A program made the position numbers and the translations under genes. This document shows, in pieces, positions 51,389 to 61,515 of a stretch of 64,000 bases of DNA. This DNA comes from Terriglobia bacterium. Its GTDB lineage: Bacteria > Acidobacteriota > Terriglobia > 20CM-2-55-15. Location: assembly GCA_963664115.2 (NCBI GenBank), contig CAXWPJ010000002.1, positions 352,001 through 416,000 of the forward strand. The letters are read 5' to 3'. Position 1 is the stretch's first letter. Each line of letters starts with the position of its first letter. The notes under the pieces were generated by a model. The model worked only from the letters and a program-made list of their open reading frames with translations. It did no database searches and was not told the origin of the DNA.

Positions 51389-52894
51389 TCAGAAGTCACA
51401 GCCGGGACCGAAGGGCTGGTCAATCGCTTCGGCAGCGGCGGTCTGGGCCCCCTGGGAATCGTCCCCTACACCGAGCGCCAACCGGTACTGCTCAAGTGCT
51501 TCTTCACGTTCGCATTGAAGATCGTGAATCCGGCCCAAATAGAGATGTGATCGCACACGCATCGATGGTTCTGTGGTTTCACTCTCCAGCGTCCGGTTGA
51601 AGTATTCGGCCGCCAAACCCGGATCCCCGGCGCGGCTGAGTATCAGGGCCATACCGTAAAGCGCCGGGCCATTGGACGGATCGAACTCGATAAGCACCCG
51701 TTCGAACCCGGCTCGGGCTGTGTCATCGTCTCCTGAATTAAACGCCACCTGTGCCTGACGGAGCACTCCCGGAATCGGGTTCACTACACGCGGCACCTCC
51801 GCCCTGAGGGTCTCTTCGACGACAAGGTCAATCGAATCGAAACGGTCTTCAAACCGTGCCGTTTCCGAATCGATATTCAGGGATTCGAGCATTTCTGGGA
51901 AAAACTCGAGGATATTGACTTCCGATGCCTCGAAGCCCAGCAGTTCTTCGTGAAAGTAAGGTACCAGCAGAAGTCCGCCCCGGTATGCCGTGTCGATCAG
52001 ACGCTCGAGATCGGACTCCGGATCGTCCATACGCAACTCCACAGATCGTATCAGCGACTCGGTGACGAGAATTTCGAAATCTTCCGCGTAATTCGGACTG
52101 ACACCGGGCTCGCCCTCAATCAGCGCAGTCAACCGTTGTTCTCGCTCCAGCTCCTCACGATTGCGAGCGACGATGGGATCCAGCAACAGGTGGAGGTATG
52201 CGTGCCGCACGTCTTCCAGGCGTACACCCGTAGAATCGCCCAGCACGATGTAGAGATTGTCGGGATAGTTCCGGACATTGACGCTGTTGATCGGTGCTGC
52301 AAGTTCGACGAAGATCACCAACTGCCTCACGCCAGGCTGACCCAGAGGCAACCTGAGATAGACATCGGCCTGAAGAATCGTTTCCCGCATGGGAGGCGCC
52401 ATTCTATCGAGCGCTTCGTCGTAGCTCGAACCCAGCGTGACCCAGAGCTGCGTGATCCGGGCAGCATCGTAAAACTCGCGAAGCAATGGCAGAAATTCCC
52501 CAAGGCCCCGGGCGTCGGGCGGAACGAATTCTTGATCGTACGCGAATTCAAGAGAGGGAGGGTCTGTCAGGTTCAGAGCGAGGGAAATGTAGCCCGCCAG
52601 TTGTGTTTCATCCAGCGCGTCGCCTTTGTGCTCGGCGTAAAATTCCCGGAGGCGGCGGACGAGGTCTGCGTCAATCCCGGAAAGGGCGTCCCGGACGCGT
52701 TGCCGAACCGGGTGGTACTGAGGAGCCAGCTCAACGTCGAAACCTGCAGCGTTCAGAGCGGCGACGACGGCGAAAACCCTCACATCCCGATCGATAATGG
52801 CGGTGACACCCTGCGCCAGGGTCGCGCCAGGGGTGAGCCCCAGCCAGAGGCAGGCGATTAACCCCAGCTGTTTACGTGACATGCAAAGCATCAT
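51389..52894 (-). CDS. Exported protein with C-terminal TPR
   Basis: Signal peptide; AALNAAGFD; SHLYLGRIHDL. Exact start uncertain. Confidence 0.7.
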   Translation of the reverse strand: MMLCMSRKQLGLIACLWLGLTPGATLAQGVTAIIDRDVRVFAVVAALNAAGFDVELAPQYHPVRQRVRDALSGIDADLVRRLREFYAEHKGDALDETQLAGYISLALNLTDPPSLEFAYDQEFVPPDARGLGEFLPLLREFYDAARITQLWVTLGSSYDEALDRMAPPMRETILQADVYLRLPLGQPGVRQLVIFVELAAPINSVNVRNYPDNLYIVLGDSTGVRLEDVRHAYLHLLLDPIVARNREELEREQRLTALIEGEPGVSPNYAEDFEILVTESLIRSVELRMDDPESDLERLIDTAYRGGLLLVPYFHEELLGFEASEVNILEFFPEMLESLNIDSETARFEDRFDSIDLVVEETLRAEVPRVVNPIPGVLRQAQVAFNSGDDDTARAGFERVLIEFDPSNGPALYGMALILSRAGDPGLAAEYFNRTLESETTEPSMRVRSHLYLGRIHDLQCEREEALEQYRLALGVGDDSQGAQTAAAEAIDQPFGPGCDF

Positions 52895-52923
52895 AGCATG
52901 AGCAGTTCGAGGAGATAACCGGG

Positions 52924-53784
52924 ATGGACTTTGGTATTTCGACCTACGGTCTGGGCAACGAGGAAATCTCTCCAGACCTGCTCGATCGCTTGCACGACGC
53001 CGGATTCACACAGATCGAAATGTTCGCCAACCGCCCGCACTGGGACTACCACGACCGCAGCCTCGGTAAGAATCTTGCGCGCTGGTTCCAGGCCAACGAC
53101 GTCGCACCGCCATTTCTCCATCTTCCGTTCTTTGAACAGAAAGGCCGGGGCGATGTCCGGTGGATTTCAGCCCTGTCAGACAATGAACGGGACCGCGAAC
53201 GGGCCATCGACGAAATCAAACGTGCACTCGAATTCACAGACCTTCAGCCTGTCGCTCATGTGGTGGCGCATCTCGGTTCACCCAAACAGAGGTTCAGTCC
53301 ACTTCAGTTCGAGCACGCCTACTCTCTCATGCGTCATATTTCGGAATTCGCAGGCGTGGATATCTTGATCGAAAATATCGGGAACGAAATATCCACTGTG
53401 GAGCGGCTCCGGGAGTTCCTGACGCTCGCCCAGCTACCGGATATTCGGATCTGCTACGATACCGGCCATGGAGTGTTGCAGGGTCCGCTTCCTCGACTGG
53501 CCGGCGTCGGTGCGATTCACCTCAGCGACAATAATGGCGACAGCGACGACCACCTGTGGCCATTTGAAGGGAAATTAAACTGGCCTGAGTTTGTAGCAGA
53601 GCTCGTAAGGTCAGGCTTCGAAGGTCCCATGGTTTTCGAGCCGTCAAGCCCACCAGATCTTGAGCCCAGTCAGGCGGCCGCGAGGCGTCTCGAGGATTTG
53701 ATCGCAGAGGCACGCTCCTCATCCATCGAATTCGCGGAGAAATATGGGATGGAGTCAAAAGACGATGACAACGATCTACATTGA
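52924..53784 (+). CDS. Sugar phosphate isomerase/epimerase (AP endonuclease-2 TIM barrel)
   Basis: [22 protein letters not shown]. Confidence 0.85.
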   Translation: MDFGISTYGLGNEEISPDLLDRLHDAGFTQIEMFANRPHWDYHDRSLGKNLARWFQANDVAPPFLHLPFFEQKGRGDVRWISALSDNERDRERAIDEIKRALEFTDLQPVAHVVAHLGSPKQRFSPLQFEHAYSLMRHISEFAGVDILIENIGNEISTVERLREFLTLAQLPDIRICYDTGHGVLQGPLPRLAGVGAIHLSDNNGDSDDHLWPFEGKLNWPEFVAELVRSGFEGPMVFEPSSPPDLEPSQAAARRLEDLIAEARSSSIEFAEKYGMESKDDDNDLH

Positions 53785-55066
53785 GGACATCGCCAGCCAC
53801 GTCGGCGAAGAAGTGACCGTCCGCGGCTGGCTCCACAACAAACGCTCCAGTGGAAAATTACGTTTTCTTATTGTGCGCGACGGCACCGGCTATCTCCAGG
53901 CCGTCGTCTTCAAGAAAGCAGTATCTGAGGAGACGTTCCAAACAGCGAGCGATCTGACACATGAGTCTTCGTTCACCGTTACAGGTACGGTGCGGGCAGA
54001 TGAACGCGCGCCCGGGGGTCACGAAATGGACGTCACATCGATCCAAGCCTTCCAGATTGTGGGAGCCGAGGAAGAATTCCCGATTTCGCCCAAAGAACAT
54101 GGAATCGAATTCCTGATGGACCATCGGCATCTGTGGATTCGTTCGCGCCGCCAACGTGCCATTCTCAAGATCCGCCACGAAATTATCCGGGCCGCTCGGG
54201 ACTTCCTCGACAACGACGGGTTCACACTCTGTGACACCCCCATTCTGACACCGGCCGCATGCGAAGGAACCACGACACTGTTCGAGGTGGACTACTTTGA
54301 AGAACACGCCTTTCTCGCCCAGTCGGGACAACTCTACGGCGAAGCTACAGCGGCGGCCCTGGGAAAGGTCTACAATTTCGGGCCGACCTTCAGGGCAGAG
54401 AAATCAAAAACGAGGAGGCATCTGACGGAATTCTGGATGGTGGAACCCGAAGTGGCCTACGCCACACTGGACGACGTGATGGACCTCTCCGAGCGGTTCA
54501 TAAGCCACATTGTCGAACGCGTTCTCGAAAGTCGGGGAGATGAATTGAACGACCTGGAACGCGATGTATCCGCTCTCGAAAAGATCGCCCCTCCATTTCC
54601 CCGCACTACCTACGACGAAGCTGTTGAAATTCTTCAGCAGAATGGTTCGGAAATTCAATGGGGAAGCGACTTCGGTGGCGGTGACGAAACGATTCTGTCC
54701 GAACATTTCGACAAACCTGTCGTCATCCACAGGTACCCGTCCGCAATCAAGGCGTTCTACATGGAGCCGGATCCAGACCGGCCCGAACTCGCACTGTGTG
54801 TGGACGTACTCGCGCCCGAAGGTTACGGAGAAATCATTGGCGGTGGCCAACGCATAGCCAGCCATGAACTCCTTCTCGAACGTCTTGAGGCGCACGAGCT
54901 TCCTCGGGAAGCTTTCGAGTGGTATCTGGAACTCAGGAAGTTCGGATCCGTTCCTCATTCGGGATTCGGCATGGGCATCGAACGCGTAGTCGCGTGGATC
55001 TGCCACCTGGATCACGTTCGGGAAACCATTCCGTTTCCCCGGATGTTGTATCGGCTGAGTCCGTAG
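53765..55066 (+). CDS. asnS: Asparagine--tRNA ligase
   Basis: [43 protein letters not shown]. Confidence 0.96.
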   Translation: MTTIYIEDIASHVGEEVTVRGWLHNKRSSGKLRFLIVRDGTGYLQAVVFKKAVSEETFQTASDLTHESSFTVTGTVRADERAPGGHEMDVTSIQAFQIVGAEEEFPISPKEHGIEFLMDHRHLWIRSRRQRAILKIRHEIIRAARDFLDNDGFTLCDTPILTPAACEGTTTLFEVDYFEEHAFLAQSGQLYGEATAAALGKVYNFGPTFRAEKSKTRRHLTEFWMVEPEVAYATLDDVMDLSERFISHIVERVLESRGDELNDLERDVSALEKIAPPFPRTTYDEAVEILQQNGSEIQWGSDFGGGDETILSEHFDKPVVIHRYPSAIKAFYMEPDPDRPELALCVDVLAPEGYGEIIGGGQRIASHELLLERLEAHELPREAFEWYLELRKFGSVPHSGFGMGIERVVAWICHLDHVRETIPFPRMLYRLSP

Positions 55067-55225
55067 CGTCCGCGGTTAGAAGTTGGGGATATAAGATTTC
55101 GCTCGGTCGTTCAATCGGCCGACCGTCTCTGTCGCGTCAAGCGCGTTGGGCCGAACGACCAGCGACCCTCTCCATCATCCTGATGGAGAGGCTTATAGGG
55201 GACTAAGAAATGTTGATGCAGTTCT

Positions 55226-55258
55226 TTAAACAAACCCGCAGCGTTCCTCGCTGCGGGT
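55226..55258 (-). terminator. Intrinsic terminator-like hairpin
   Basis: ACCCGCAGCG/CGCTGCGGGT 10-bp stem; followed by TTGTTT on the minus strand. Confidence 0.5.
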
Positions 55259-55383
55259 GAACCCAGAGGCGGAGCCGGAGAATTCCAGAAAAAGCTGCGC
55301 AGCCGAGGCGTTCAGCGTAATAAGATTATCGGATCGGACACGGATGAAACTGCAGGACACTGGACTTCTGATCCAGGACACTA

Positions 55384-56534
55384 GTGGTCCCCGTTAAACA
55401 GACTGTAACTTATCAAGATTTCGCCGGCCGCGCTGGACTTTAGCAAGGATGTCGGAAGCCGTTGCAGTCCAGATGAAGGGTTTCGGGTCTTCATTGTGAC
55501 GAGCGAGGTAGTCCTCCACGGCCTGGATCAACTCGGGGACCGAGCGGAAAACGCCACGCCGGAGTCGTTGCTCGGACAGATCCCGGAAAAAGCGCTCGAC
55601 CATGTTGAGCCACGACGCACTGGTTGGCGTGAAGTGCACATGAAAACGCTTGTTACGCTTGAGCCAGTTGACGACTTTCTGATGTTTGTGAGTCGCATAG
55701 TTGTCGCAAATAATGTGGATCTCCTTATCTTTCGGCATGGCGCGTTTGATCTGATTCAGAAACCGGATCCATTCCTGATGGCGATGCTTTGGCATGCAGG
55801 TTCCGATGACCGAACCGTCCAGGATGTTGAGCGCGGCGAAAAGCGTGGTTGTCCCGTTACGTTTGTAATCGTGGGTCATGGTGCCACACCGCCCCTTCTT
55901 CAGAGGTAACCCGGGTTGCGTGCGGTCCAGGGCCTGCATCTGGCTCTTCTCATCGCAGGACAAGACAATGGCGTTTTCCGGTGGGCTCAGATACAGACCG
56001 ACCACATCCTCCAGCTTTTCGGCGAATCGTTTGTCGTTGGATAGTTTGAAGGTTCGTGACAGATGAGGCTTCAGTCCATGGACCCGCCAGATTTTCCCGA
56101 CCGTGGACTCGCTCACGCCAACGGCCTTCGCCATCGAGGCCCGACTCCAGTGCGTCGCGTTCGGGGGCTTCTCTTCCAGTGTCTTCTTGACGATCCGGGC
56201 TCGCTTCCGGCGACTGATCGTGGGAATCCGTCCGCTTCGCGGCGCATCCTTTTCGATCCCAGCCAAGCCCTGTTCCACAAAACGATTGCGCCAGCGGCCC
56301 GCTTTCTGGCGCGTGATCTCCAAGCGGGCGGCGATCTCATAATTGTTCCGACCTTCAGCGGCCAGTAATACAATTCGGGATCGTTCCGCCAACCGGACCG
56401 ATGTACTCCGGCTTCGACTCAGTCGCTCCAACTCCATCCGCTGCTTGTCATCCAATTCAATGGTCGGTGCTTTCCTCATTCTCTATTGGACGTTGGAAAG
56501 CTATTTTAGTTACATTACTTCGAGCGGGGTACAC
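55384..56534 (-). mobile_element. IS630-family insertion sequence, copy 2 (1151 bp)
   Basis: Reverse complement of 3519-4669; TA duplication within CTAG. Confidence 0.93.
55394..56479 (-). CDS. IS630-family transposase
   Basis: Protein identical to 3574-4659. Confidence 0.95.
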   Translation of the reverse strand: MRKAPTIELDDKQRMELERLSRSRSTSVRLAERSRIVLLAAEGRNNYEIAARLEITRQKAGRWRNRFVEQGLAGIEKDAPRSGRIPTISRRKRARIVKKTLEEKPPNATHWSRASMAKAVGVSESTVGKIWRVHGLKPHLSRTFKLSNDKRFAEKLEDVVGLYLSPPENAIVLSCDEKSQMQALDRTQPGLPLKKGRCGTMTHDYKRNGTTTLFAALNILDGSVIGTCMPKHRHQEWIRFLNQIKRAMPKDKEIHIICDNYATHKHQKVVNWLKRNKRFHVHFTPTSASWLNMVERFFRDLSEQRLRRGVFRSVPELIQAVEDYLARHNEDPKPFIWTATASDILAKVQRGRRNLDKLQSV

Positions 56535-57160
56535 TAGGAGCTGACGTCTCTGTCTCCACGCGACAAGCGCACCAACTCTCCGTAGATGTCTTCGACACGC
56601 CGCCGCGTGTCTTCGGCCGCACCAGAATTGTCTACGACGAAATCGGCGTGTCCAGCCTTCTCGACCAGGGGCATCTGCGATTCAATCCGGGCTTCGATAG
56701 CATCCAGCGTCAAACCCGACCGTCGCTCCAAACGACTGCGCTGCTGTTCGGGCCGGCACGTAACGACGACAAGCCTGTCGTATCTCTTGTAACTTCCCGT
56801 CTCCACCATCAGCGCAGCATCCACTATTGCGATCGCGTCGGGGTCTTCCCGCCTGACATTCTCCAAAAATGCGTCCTGGCGTTCCTTGATCGCAGGGTGC
56901 ACGAGAGAATTCAACTTCTCTCTTTTGGAGGGTTCACTGAAAACGATTGCGGACAGTCTGCGGCGATCAATCCATCCCGAGTCGTGGACGATTGCAGCAC
57001 CAAACTCCCGCACGACTGCTTCATGGACTTGCTGGCCGGGCTCAAACAGTTGGCGGGTAATCTGATCCGAGTCGATCAAGCGGCAACCCAGGGCCACGAA
57101 CATCTCACCCACCGTCGTCTTGCCGCAGCCGATCCCTCCGGTGAGACCGACCGTCAACAC
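56534..57160 (-). CDS. coaE: Dephospho-CoA kinase
   Basis: GLTGGIGCGKTT, LVHP, DAALMVE, SQMP. Confidence 0.95.
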   Translation of the reverse strand: MLTVGLTGGIGCGKTTVGEMFVALGCRLIDSDQITRQLFEPGQQVHEAVVREFGAAIVHDSGWIDRRRLSAIVFSEPSKREKLNSLVHPAIKERQDAFLENVRREDPDAIAIVDAALMVETGSYKRYDRLVVVTCRPEQQRSRLERRSGLTLDAIEARIESQMPLVEKAGHADFVVDNSGAAEDTRRRVEDIYGELVRLSRGDRDVSS

Positions 57161-58080
57161 TAGAGACCTCTCCGCAGGCGGGCTCCGGTAATGGTGTTCT
57201 TCATCAACATCGCGATCGTCATGGGTCCGACGCCTCCAGGAACAGGGGACAACTTGGACGCAATCTGCAGCGCCTCCTGTTCATGAACGTCACCAGCCCA
57301 GATGTAACCTCTCTTGTCAAATTGTTCCAGCCGTGGCGATCGGTCCCCGAACAATCGCTGGACCTCGGCCCGATCAGTAACCTGATTCGTGCCAACGTCG
57401 ACAACCACAGCTCCCGGCTTTATGAATTCGCCATCCACCATCGCAAGGCGGCCAATGGCGGCCACGATGATGTCCGCTTCTTTGCTGACCGAAGCGAGGT
57501 CACGGGTTCGCGAGTGACAAATCGTAACCGTCGCATGCCTGTGCATCAGGAGCATCGCCATCGGTTTGCCCACGTCATCGCTACGCCCCAGCACAGCCGC
57601 GCGGGCGCCTTCAATCTTAACGCCAGATCGAATGAGCATTTCCAAAACCCCGAGAGGCGTACAGGCCACCAGCGTTTCGTGCCCGAGAACAAGCGATCCG
57701 ATATTCGAAGAATGAAAACCGTCGACATCTTTGAGCGGGTCCACGGCCTCGAGAACTCTGTGCTTATCGATGTGTTTCGGCAGGGGCAGCTGAACGAGAA
57801 TACCGTCGATGGAATCATCCTCGTTCAGTTCGTGGACGCGGGCAAGCAGTGCAGATTCCTCGACGTCTTCTGATAGAACCAGCTTCTTGCTCGTCATACC
57901 CAATCGCTCGCACATTCGCGCCTTCATACCCACGTAAGATGCTGAAGCTGGATCCTCACCGACGAGAACGACAGCCAGACCCGGGGTGATTCCCTTCTCC
58001 TTCAAAGACGCGACTTCGAGTCCAACCTCAGCCTGAACCTCCTTCGCGATCTGCGTTCCGTTAATTAAAGTTGCTGTCAT
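57160..58080 (-). CDS. folD: Methylenetetrahydrofolate dehydrogenase/cyclohydrolase
   Basis: ILVQLPLP, KDVDGFH, VGKP, PVPGGVGPMT. Confidence 0.97.
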   Translation of the reverse strand: MTATLINGTQIAKEVQAEVGLEVASLKEKGITPGLAVVLVGEDPASASYVGMKARMCERLGMTSKKLVLSEDVEESALLARVHELNEDDSIDGILVQLPLPKHIDKHRVLEAVDPLKDVDGFHSSNIGSLVLGHETLVACTPLGVLEMLIRSGVKIEGARAAVLGRSDDVGKPMAMLLMHRHATVTICHSRTRDLASVSKEADIIVAAIGRLAMVDGEFIKPGAVVVDVGTNQVTDRAEVQRLFGDRSPRLEQFDKRGYIWAGDVHEQEALQIASKLSPVPGGVGPMTIAMLMKNTITGARLRRGL

Positions 58081-58156
58081 ATTCAGGACTCTCTCTATAA
58101 AATAGGTCTCATAATACACCGATTCACCTGGACCAAACGGACTCTACAAATTGACA

Positions 58157-60256
58157 ATGTCTACCATTCTTACCCTCCTGATTGCGATTACACTCCCAAC
58201 CGGCACGGTCGAGCGGGCATTCGATTTTTTCGAACGCGGAGACTACCGTGCCTCTGCCCAATTGCTGGATCAGGCCGCAGCTATTGATCCGGAAGAGTTC
58301 GGTCTCAACAACCTGCACTACCTGCGCGGACGCATCGCTGAAGAACGGGGCGACTGGGCACGGGCCAGAATCGAATTCGACCTGGTGAGAGAGGCCAGCG
58401 TCCTACACAGTCTTGTGCTGTGGCACCAGGTGAGGGTTGCACTCAAAGACGGGCGCAACGAAGACGCGCTGCGGCTCCTCGACATACTGGGACCCGGATT
58501 CCCGGACGCGCTGCGGCTCGAGCTGGCCGAGGACGCGCCCGAAGACGTGGCACTCAGCATTTACCGGACGATGTCCAACCGCGAATCCCGATGGATGCAG
58601 TCGTCGATTCTGGACGACGAGGCTGCGATGTGGCAGCTCCTGACGCGGAGTCGGGGTGACGAGTTCGCGCTCGGAGCCGCGCGCAGACTGGACGGACGGA
58701 GCGCGACCCGAGCCCAGAGCCTCCGACTGGCTAAGACTTTCCATGCTCACCGTATCTTCGGTCGCGCCGAGGCCATTTACTCGGCTCTGCTCGAAGACCG
58801 CACCGAGATAGGAGCGGAGGCGCACTACGAACTGGGGCGTACTTACTTTCAGCGAGGCCGGTACGACGACGCCGTATCTGTATACCGTGCCACGGTTGAA
58901 AGATTTCCCGATACGGATTGGGCACGGAACGCGGATAAGCAGATTCCACCCACGTACTGGCGGAAGCTTGACTATCCGAACGCCATCGCGGCTTACGAAA
59001 CGTTGATCGAGAAATACGACGAGCCGGAGTTGTATTACTCAGCAGTCCGCGACATGGTCGACATCTATCGCTCTATGGGCGACTTCGATGAAGCCCATCG
59101 AAGGATCGAGCAGGCGCTCCGCTCGAATCCTAATAGCAGGAACCGGGCGGTTCTTACCTTCACACGAGCAAAGATCCACTACGGCGAAGGGCAGTTCCGG
59201 GAGGCCCTCGAGCTGTTTCAGCAACTCCGCACGATGCAGACTGGACGCGCCCCTAACGGCACCGATCAAACCGAAACGCTTTTCTTTGAAGCGGCCAGCC
59301 TGGAACGATTGGGACGCATCGACGAGGCCGCCCGCATCTGGACAGAGCTTTCAGACAATCCGTTCAGCTACTACGGACTCCGTGCCATCGAAAACATCCG
59401 CGACGAATCCATTCCCGCAGCCACACTCGGGCAAACCGTCCTGCGAACGATGCACGAACCCGTAATCGACGTTTGCAGCGACAGCTCAAATCCAGATGTG
59501 ATCGCATTCCTTCGTGAACGACGGCTCTCCAGGACACGTGGATTCCTCGCCACCGGGTCGGTAGAAACGGACATGGTGGGTGAACTAGTCTTTCTGCGGC
59601 AGTGGGACGAGGCGTTCTTCTGGGCGAATCGTGCCGCATCCAGATGGAGAGACCAGGCGCTGGCGGACCTGGCGTATCTGGCTTCTGATTTCAGGCGATC
59701 GATGTTGTACGCCGACCGCCTGAGACCACCCAACGACACGCAGTTCTTCTCTCTGGATTCGGACTATTCAACGGAATCGCGGGTCCTGATGGGCATGCTC
59801 TATCCCACCGCTTTCAGCGACGTCGTTTGCCGCGAAGCGCAGGCTGCAGGGGTCAATCCGCTATGGCTCTACGCGATCATATGGCAGGAAAGCCGTTACG
59901 ACCCCGATGCCCGTTCAGGCGCTTCGGCTCGCGGACTGATGCAGTTCATTCCTGAAACCGCTACTCGCATAGCCCAGAAAATCGGATTGGTAGCATTCCA
60001 GCTCGATGATCTTTACCAGCCCGAAATCAGCATCCGGCTCGGTGCGCATTACTGGGCCGAACTGATGGACACACTCGGGGATCCCGAACTCGCTCTTGCC
60101 GCGTACAACGGTGGCGAGAGGAACGTCGAACGCTGGAGGGCCAAGTCGAATCTGAGGGATATGGAAAGTTTCGTATCCGACATCGGTTTTGTTCAAACCA
60201 AAGCCTATGTTCGAGAAATCTTCGCACTCTACGCAAAGTACGCCCACCTTCTGTAA
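58157..60256 (+). CDS. Soluble lytic transglycosylase with TPR repeats
   Basis: QESRYDP, ARGLMQF, LAAYNGG, TKAYV. Confidence 0.92.
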   Translation: MSTILTLLIAITLPTGTVERAFDFFERGDYRASAQLLDQAAAIDPEEFGLNNLHYLRGRIAEERGDWARARIEFDLVREASVLHSLVLWHQVRVALKDGRNEDALRLLDILGPGFPDALRLELAEDAPEDVALSIYRTMSNRESRWMQSSILDDEAAMWQLLTRSRGDEFALGAARRLDGRSATRAQSLRLAKTFHAHRIFGRAEAIYSALLEDRTEIGAEAHYELGRTYFQRGRYDDAVSVYRATVERFPDTDWARNADKQIPPTYWRKLDYPNAIAAYETLIEKYDEPELYYSAVRDMVDIYRSMGDFDEAHRRIEQALRSNPNSRNRAVLTFTRAKIHYGEGQFREALELFQQLRTMQTGRAPNGTDQTETLFFEAASLERLGRIDEAARIWTELSDNPFSYYGLRAIENIRDESIPAATLGQTVLRTMHEPVIDVCSDSSNPDVIAFLRERRLSRTRGFLATGSVETDMVGELVFLRQWDEAFFWANRAASRWRDQALADLAYLASDFRRSMLYADRLRPPNDTQFFSLDSDYSTESRVLMGMLYPTAFSDVVCREAQAAGVNPLWLYAIIWQESRYDPDARSGASARGLMQFIPETATRIAQKIGLVAFQLDDLYQPEISIRLGAHYWAELMDTLGDPELALAAYNGGERNVERWRAKSNLRDMESFVSDIGFVQTKAYVREIFALYAKYAHLL

Positions 60257-60351
60257 GATTTTGATGATTATTTGAACCCGACATCCAGGTCAACCGTCTA
60301 ACTGATAGGAGAATGATCGGCGCCCGAAGGGCCCGAATATCCAACCGAACT

Positions 60352-61424
60352 ATGAAGCGCGAGAATCTGATTTTCAGGATGGTATTTCTTGTCATCATCG
60401 TGCTTTCGATCTTGATCGTCTGGCCCTTCGTAACCTACATCGTCCTAGCAGGGGTCCTCACCTATACGCTGTTTCCTGTGTACGCCTTTGTTCGCCGGAA
60501 AACCGGTCAGCCGCGCGTCAGCTCCGCGATCTCGATTCTCATTGCCCTGCTCCTGCTCGTCTTACCATCGTTTCTGATTGCTCAAAGATTGGCTCAGGAA
60601 GTGTCGGGCGCCTTCACAACATTCGAGCTTGCGAACGTGCAGCGCCTTGGGGACTATCTGAGCGGTGTCACAGGCAACCAGTTTGATTTTCAGGAGATGC
60701 TGGGCTCTGCCTTTTCGCAGGTGGAGGAATCCATCGTCGGGCTCGCTCCCGACATCCTTGGCTCACTGACCGAACTGCTGCTCGGCCTGTTCATCATGTT
60801 CTTCGTGATGTACTACGCCTTCCGCGATGGCGAAAGCTTCATAGGCCACGTGAAGCAGATACTGCCGCTCGAACCGGCCCTAAAGGAAAAGTTGTTCATG
60901 GAAGTCCGCAACGTGACGCAGGGTGTGCTCTATGGGCAGGTGATGACCGCAGTGATTCAGGGCTCGGTGGCTACATTGGGTTTGGTCATGTTCGGAGTCG
61001 GAAACTGGGTGTTCTGGGGTGCAATCATGCTCATCCTCGCTTTCCTTCCGGTGTTCGGCACACCCCTGATATGGGTCCCGGCTGCCGTGGACAAGATTCT
61101 AGCCAGCGAAACCTTTGGAGGCATCGGATTGTTGCTCTACGGCATTCTGATCGTAACCAACATCGACAACCTGGTGCGGCCCAGCTGGTCAGCGAGCGAT
61201 CGAAAGTCCATCCTGTCCTTGTCATGGTCGGCGTCCTGGGCGGCTTGAAAATGGTGGGCTTCAGCGGAATGCTCGTCGGACCCCTGATCCCCGCCTTACT
61301 GGTGGCGCTGATCCATTTCTGGGAAGAGGTCTACATAAAGAAAGATGACGGCCCCTCAACCTACGCCTGTCGATTAAACGAAGAGCTCTTTTCGCGAAAA
61401 ACTGTTTACAGTCCGTGCTTCTGA
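60352..61424 (+). pseudogene. AI-2E family transporter with a 1-nt frameshift near 61182 (possibly a sequencing error)
   Basis: IDNLVRP continues in another frame as QLVSERSKVHPVLVMVGVLGG...GMLVGP. Confidence 0.75.
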
Positions 61425-61452
61425 TGGTTTGTAGCGACACCCGGAAATGAAA

Positions 61453-61480
61453 AGAGGCCGGAGATAAATCTCCGGCCTCT
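61453..61480. terminator. Bidirectional terminator
   Basis: AGAGGCCGGAGAT-AA-ATCTCCGGCCTCT between convergent genes. Confidence 0.7.
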
Positions 61481-61515
61481 CTGATTTGAATCCTGCCGAC
61501 CGTTGTGGTCGCGAA

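Noticed and set aside
3519-56534. Composite transposon or inversion bounded by the inverted IS630 pair
   Set aside because: The span includes core genes contiguous with coaE/folD outside it, and each copy has its own CTAG target; independent insertions are simpler.
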